This document shows, piece by piece, positions 33,177 to 33,886 of a stretch of 33,886 nt of DNA. The DNA is taken from IMG/VR virus record IMGVR_UViG_3300030372_003450, positions 1 through 33,886 of that record; one strand, 5' to 3'. Under the pieces are notes generated by a model. It was not told where the DNA came from. It saw only the letters and a program-made list of their open reading frames with translations, and made no database searches. Each line of letters starts with the position of its first letter. Within the stretch, counting starts at the first letter, position 1. The stretch comes from a virus (Duplodnaviria > Caudoviricetes). Position numbers and translations under genes: made by a program.

Positions 33177-33803
33177 ATGAAAGTAACAGATAAAATAACA
33201 ATAACAAATGAGGACAATATGGAGCTAATGGCTCGTTATCCTGATAACTATTTTGATTTGGCTATTGTAGACCCTCCTTATGGGATTGATATTGCTAAAT
33301 GGGATGAAATAGATATGCGACCAAGTCCAGAATATTTTAAAGAATTGTTTAGAGTTAGCAAAAATCAAATTATTTGGGGTGCGAATTATTTTAATCTACC
33401 ACATAACGAGGCTTGGATTTGTTGGGATAAAACGTATAAGTACAATCAAAAACTTCAAGTTGCTGAATTTGAATTGGCTTGGAGTTCTTTTAAACACAAA
33501 TCTAAATTTATAAGGTTTACTTATTGCGGTAATTTTTATGGTTGGAAAAAGCCAAGAGCAAATTATAAAAAACCTAAAAACATACACATTACACAAAAGC
33601 CAATTGAAATATACGAATGGCTTTTAATGAATTACGCAAAAGAAGGTGATAAAATACTAGACACTCACTTAGGAAGTGGAAGCATTGCAATAGCTTCGCA
33701 CAATTTAGGTTTTGAATTAACAGCTTGTGAATTAGACAAAGAATATTTTGATAACTCAATAAAAAGAATTAACAATCACGTTTCACAACTAAGAATTTTT
33801 TAA
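33177..33803 (+). CDS. N6-adenine/N4-cytosine DNA methyltransferase (beta-class order)
   Basis: AIVDPPY, IIWGANYF, HITQKP, ILDTHLGSGS. Confidence 0.92.
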   Translation: MKVTDKITITNEDNMELMARYPDNYFDLAIVDPPYGIDIAKWDEIDMRPSPEYFKELFRVSKNQIIWGANYFNLPHNEAWICWDKTYKYNQKLQVAEFELAWSSFKHKSKFIRFTYCGNFYGWKKPRANYKKPKNIHITQKPIEIYEWLLMNYAKEGDKILDTHLGSGSIAIASHNLGFELTACELDKEYFDNSIKRINNHVSQLRIF

Positions 33804-33886
33804 ATTATGAACGAAAAAACAACAATAGAATTACTAAACGAAAAATTTAAAACGAATTTAATTTTATCAAAAAATAAATTTTGTGA
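33788..33886. repeat. Terminal direct repeat, copy 2
   Basis: Identical to bases 1-99. Confidence 0.95.

Noticed and set aside
1-33886. Alternative genetic code or stop-codon reassignment
   Set aside because: The standard code gives full-length, densely packed genes ending in TAA, TGA and TAG.

Overview
This window is an apparently complete, circularly permuted genome of an AT-rich tailed dsDNA phage, siphovirus-like with an HK97-fold capsid. Bases 1-99 repeat at 33788-33886, giving a unit length of about 33,787 bp. TAnnTTTG promoter boxes, A-rich leaders without Shine-Dalgarno motifs and a DUF3127-type SSB point to a Bacteroidota (probably Flavobacteriia) host. Every credible gene is on the + strand. 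The early/recombination region holds ERF, Gp157, an SSB-like protein, an XRE HTH and a DnaA-domain-IV-like protein. It is followed by a replication initiator with internal iterons, an SF4-like helicase, and the nin-like region (two methyltransferases, PD-(D/E)XK nuclease, NinB/NinG). Then come TerS/TerL, portal, protease, capsid, tail, tape measure, a tandem-LamG receptor-binding protein, the lysis genes and a metallophosphoesterase. I recognised no integrase, polymerase, primase, tRNA or CRISPR array. The most striking unexplained signal is non-coding: a ~65-nt promoter-to-terminator unit at ~27105-27171 is antisense to an AACTAAAAACAAA-type motif just upstream of the start codons of many early genes, making it a candidate multi-target translational-silencing sRNA. 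Other candidate cis-elements are a kissing-loop attenuator before the replication genes, tandem GNRA hairpins before the capsid gene and an attC-like hairpin. CCGG is strongly enriched across the genome. All family assignments come from motifs read by eye; no database search was run.
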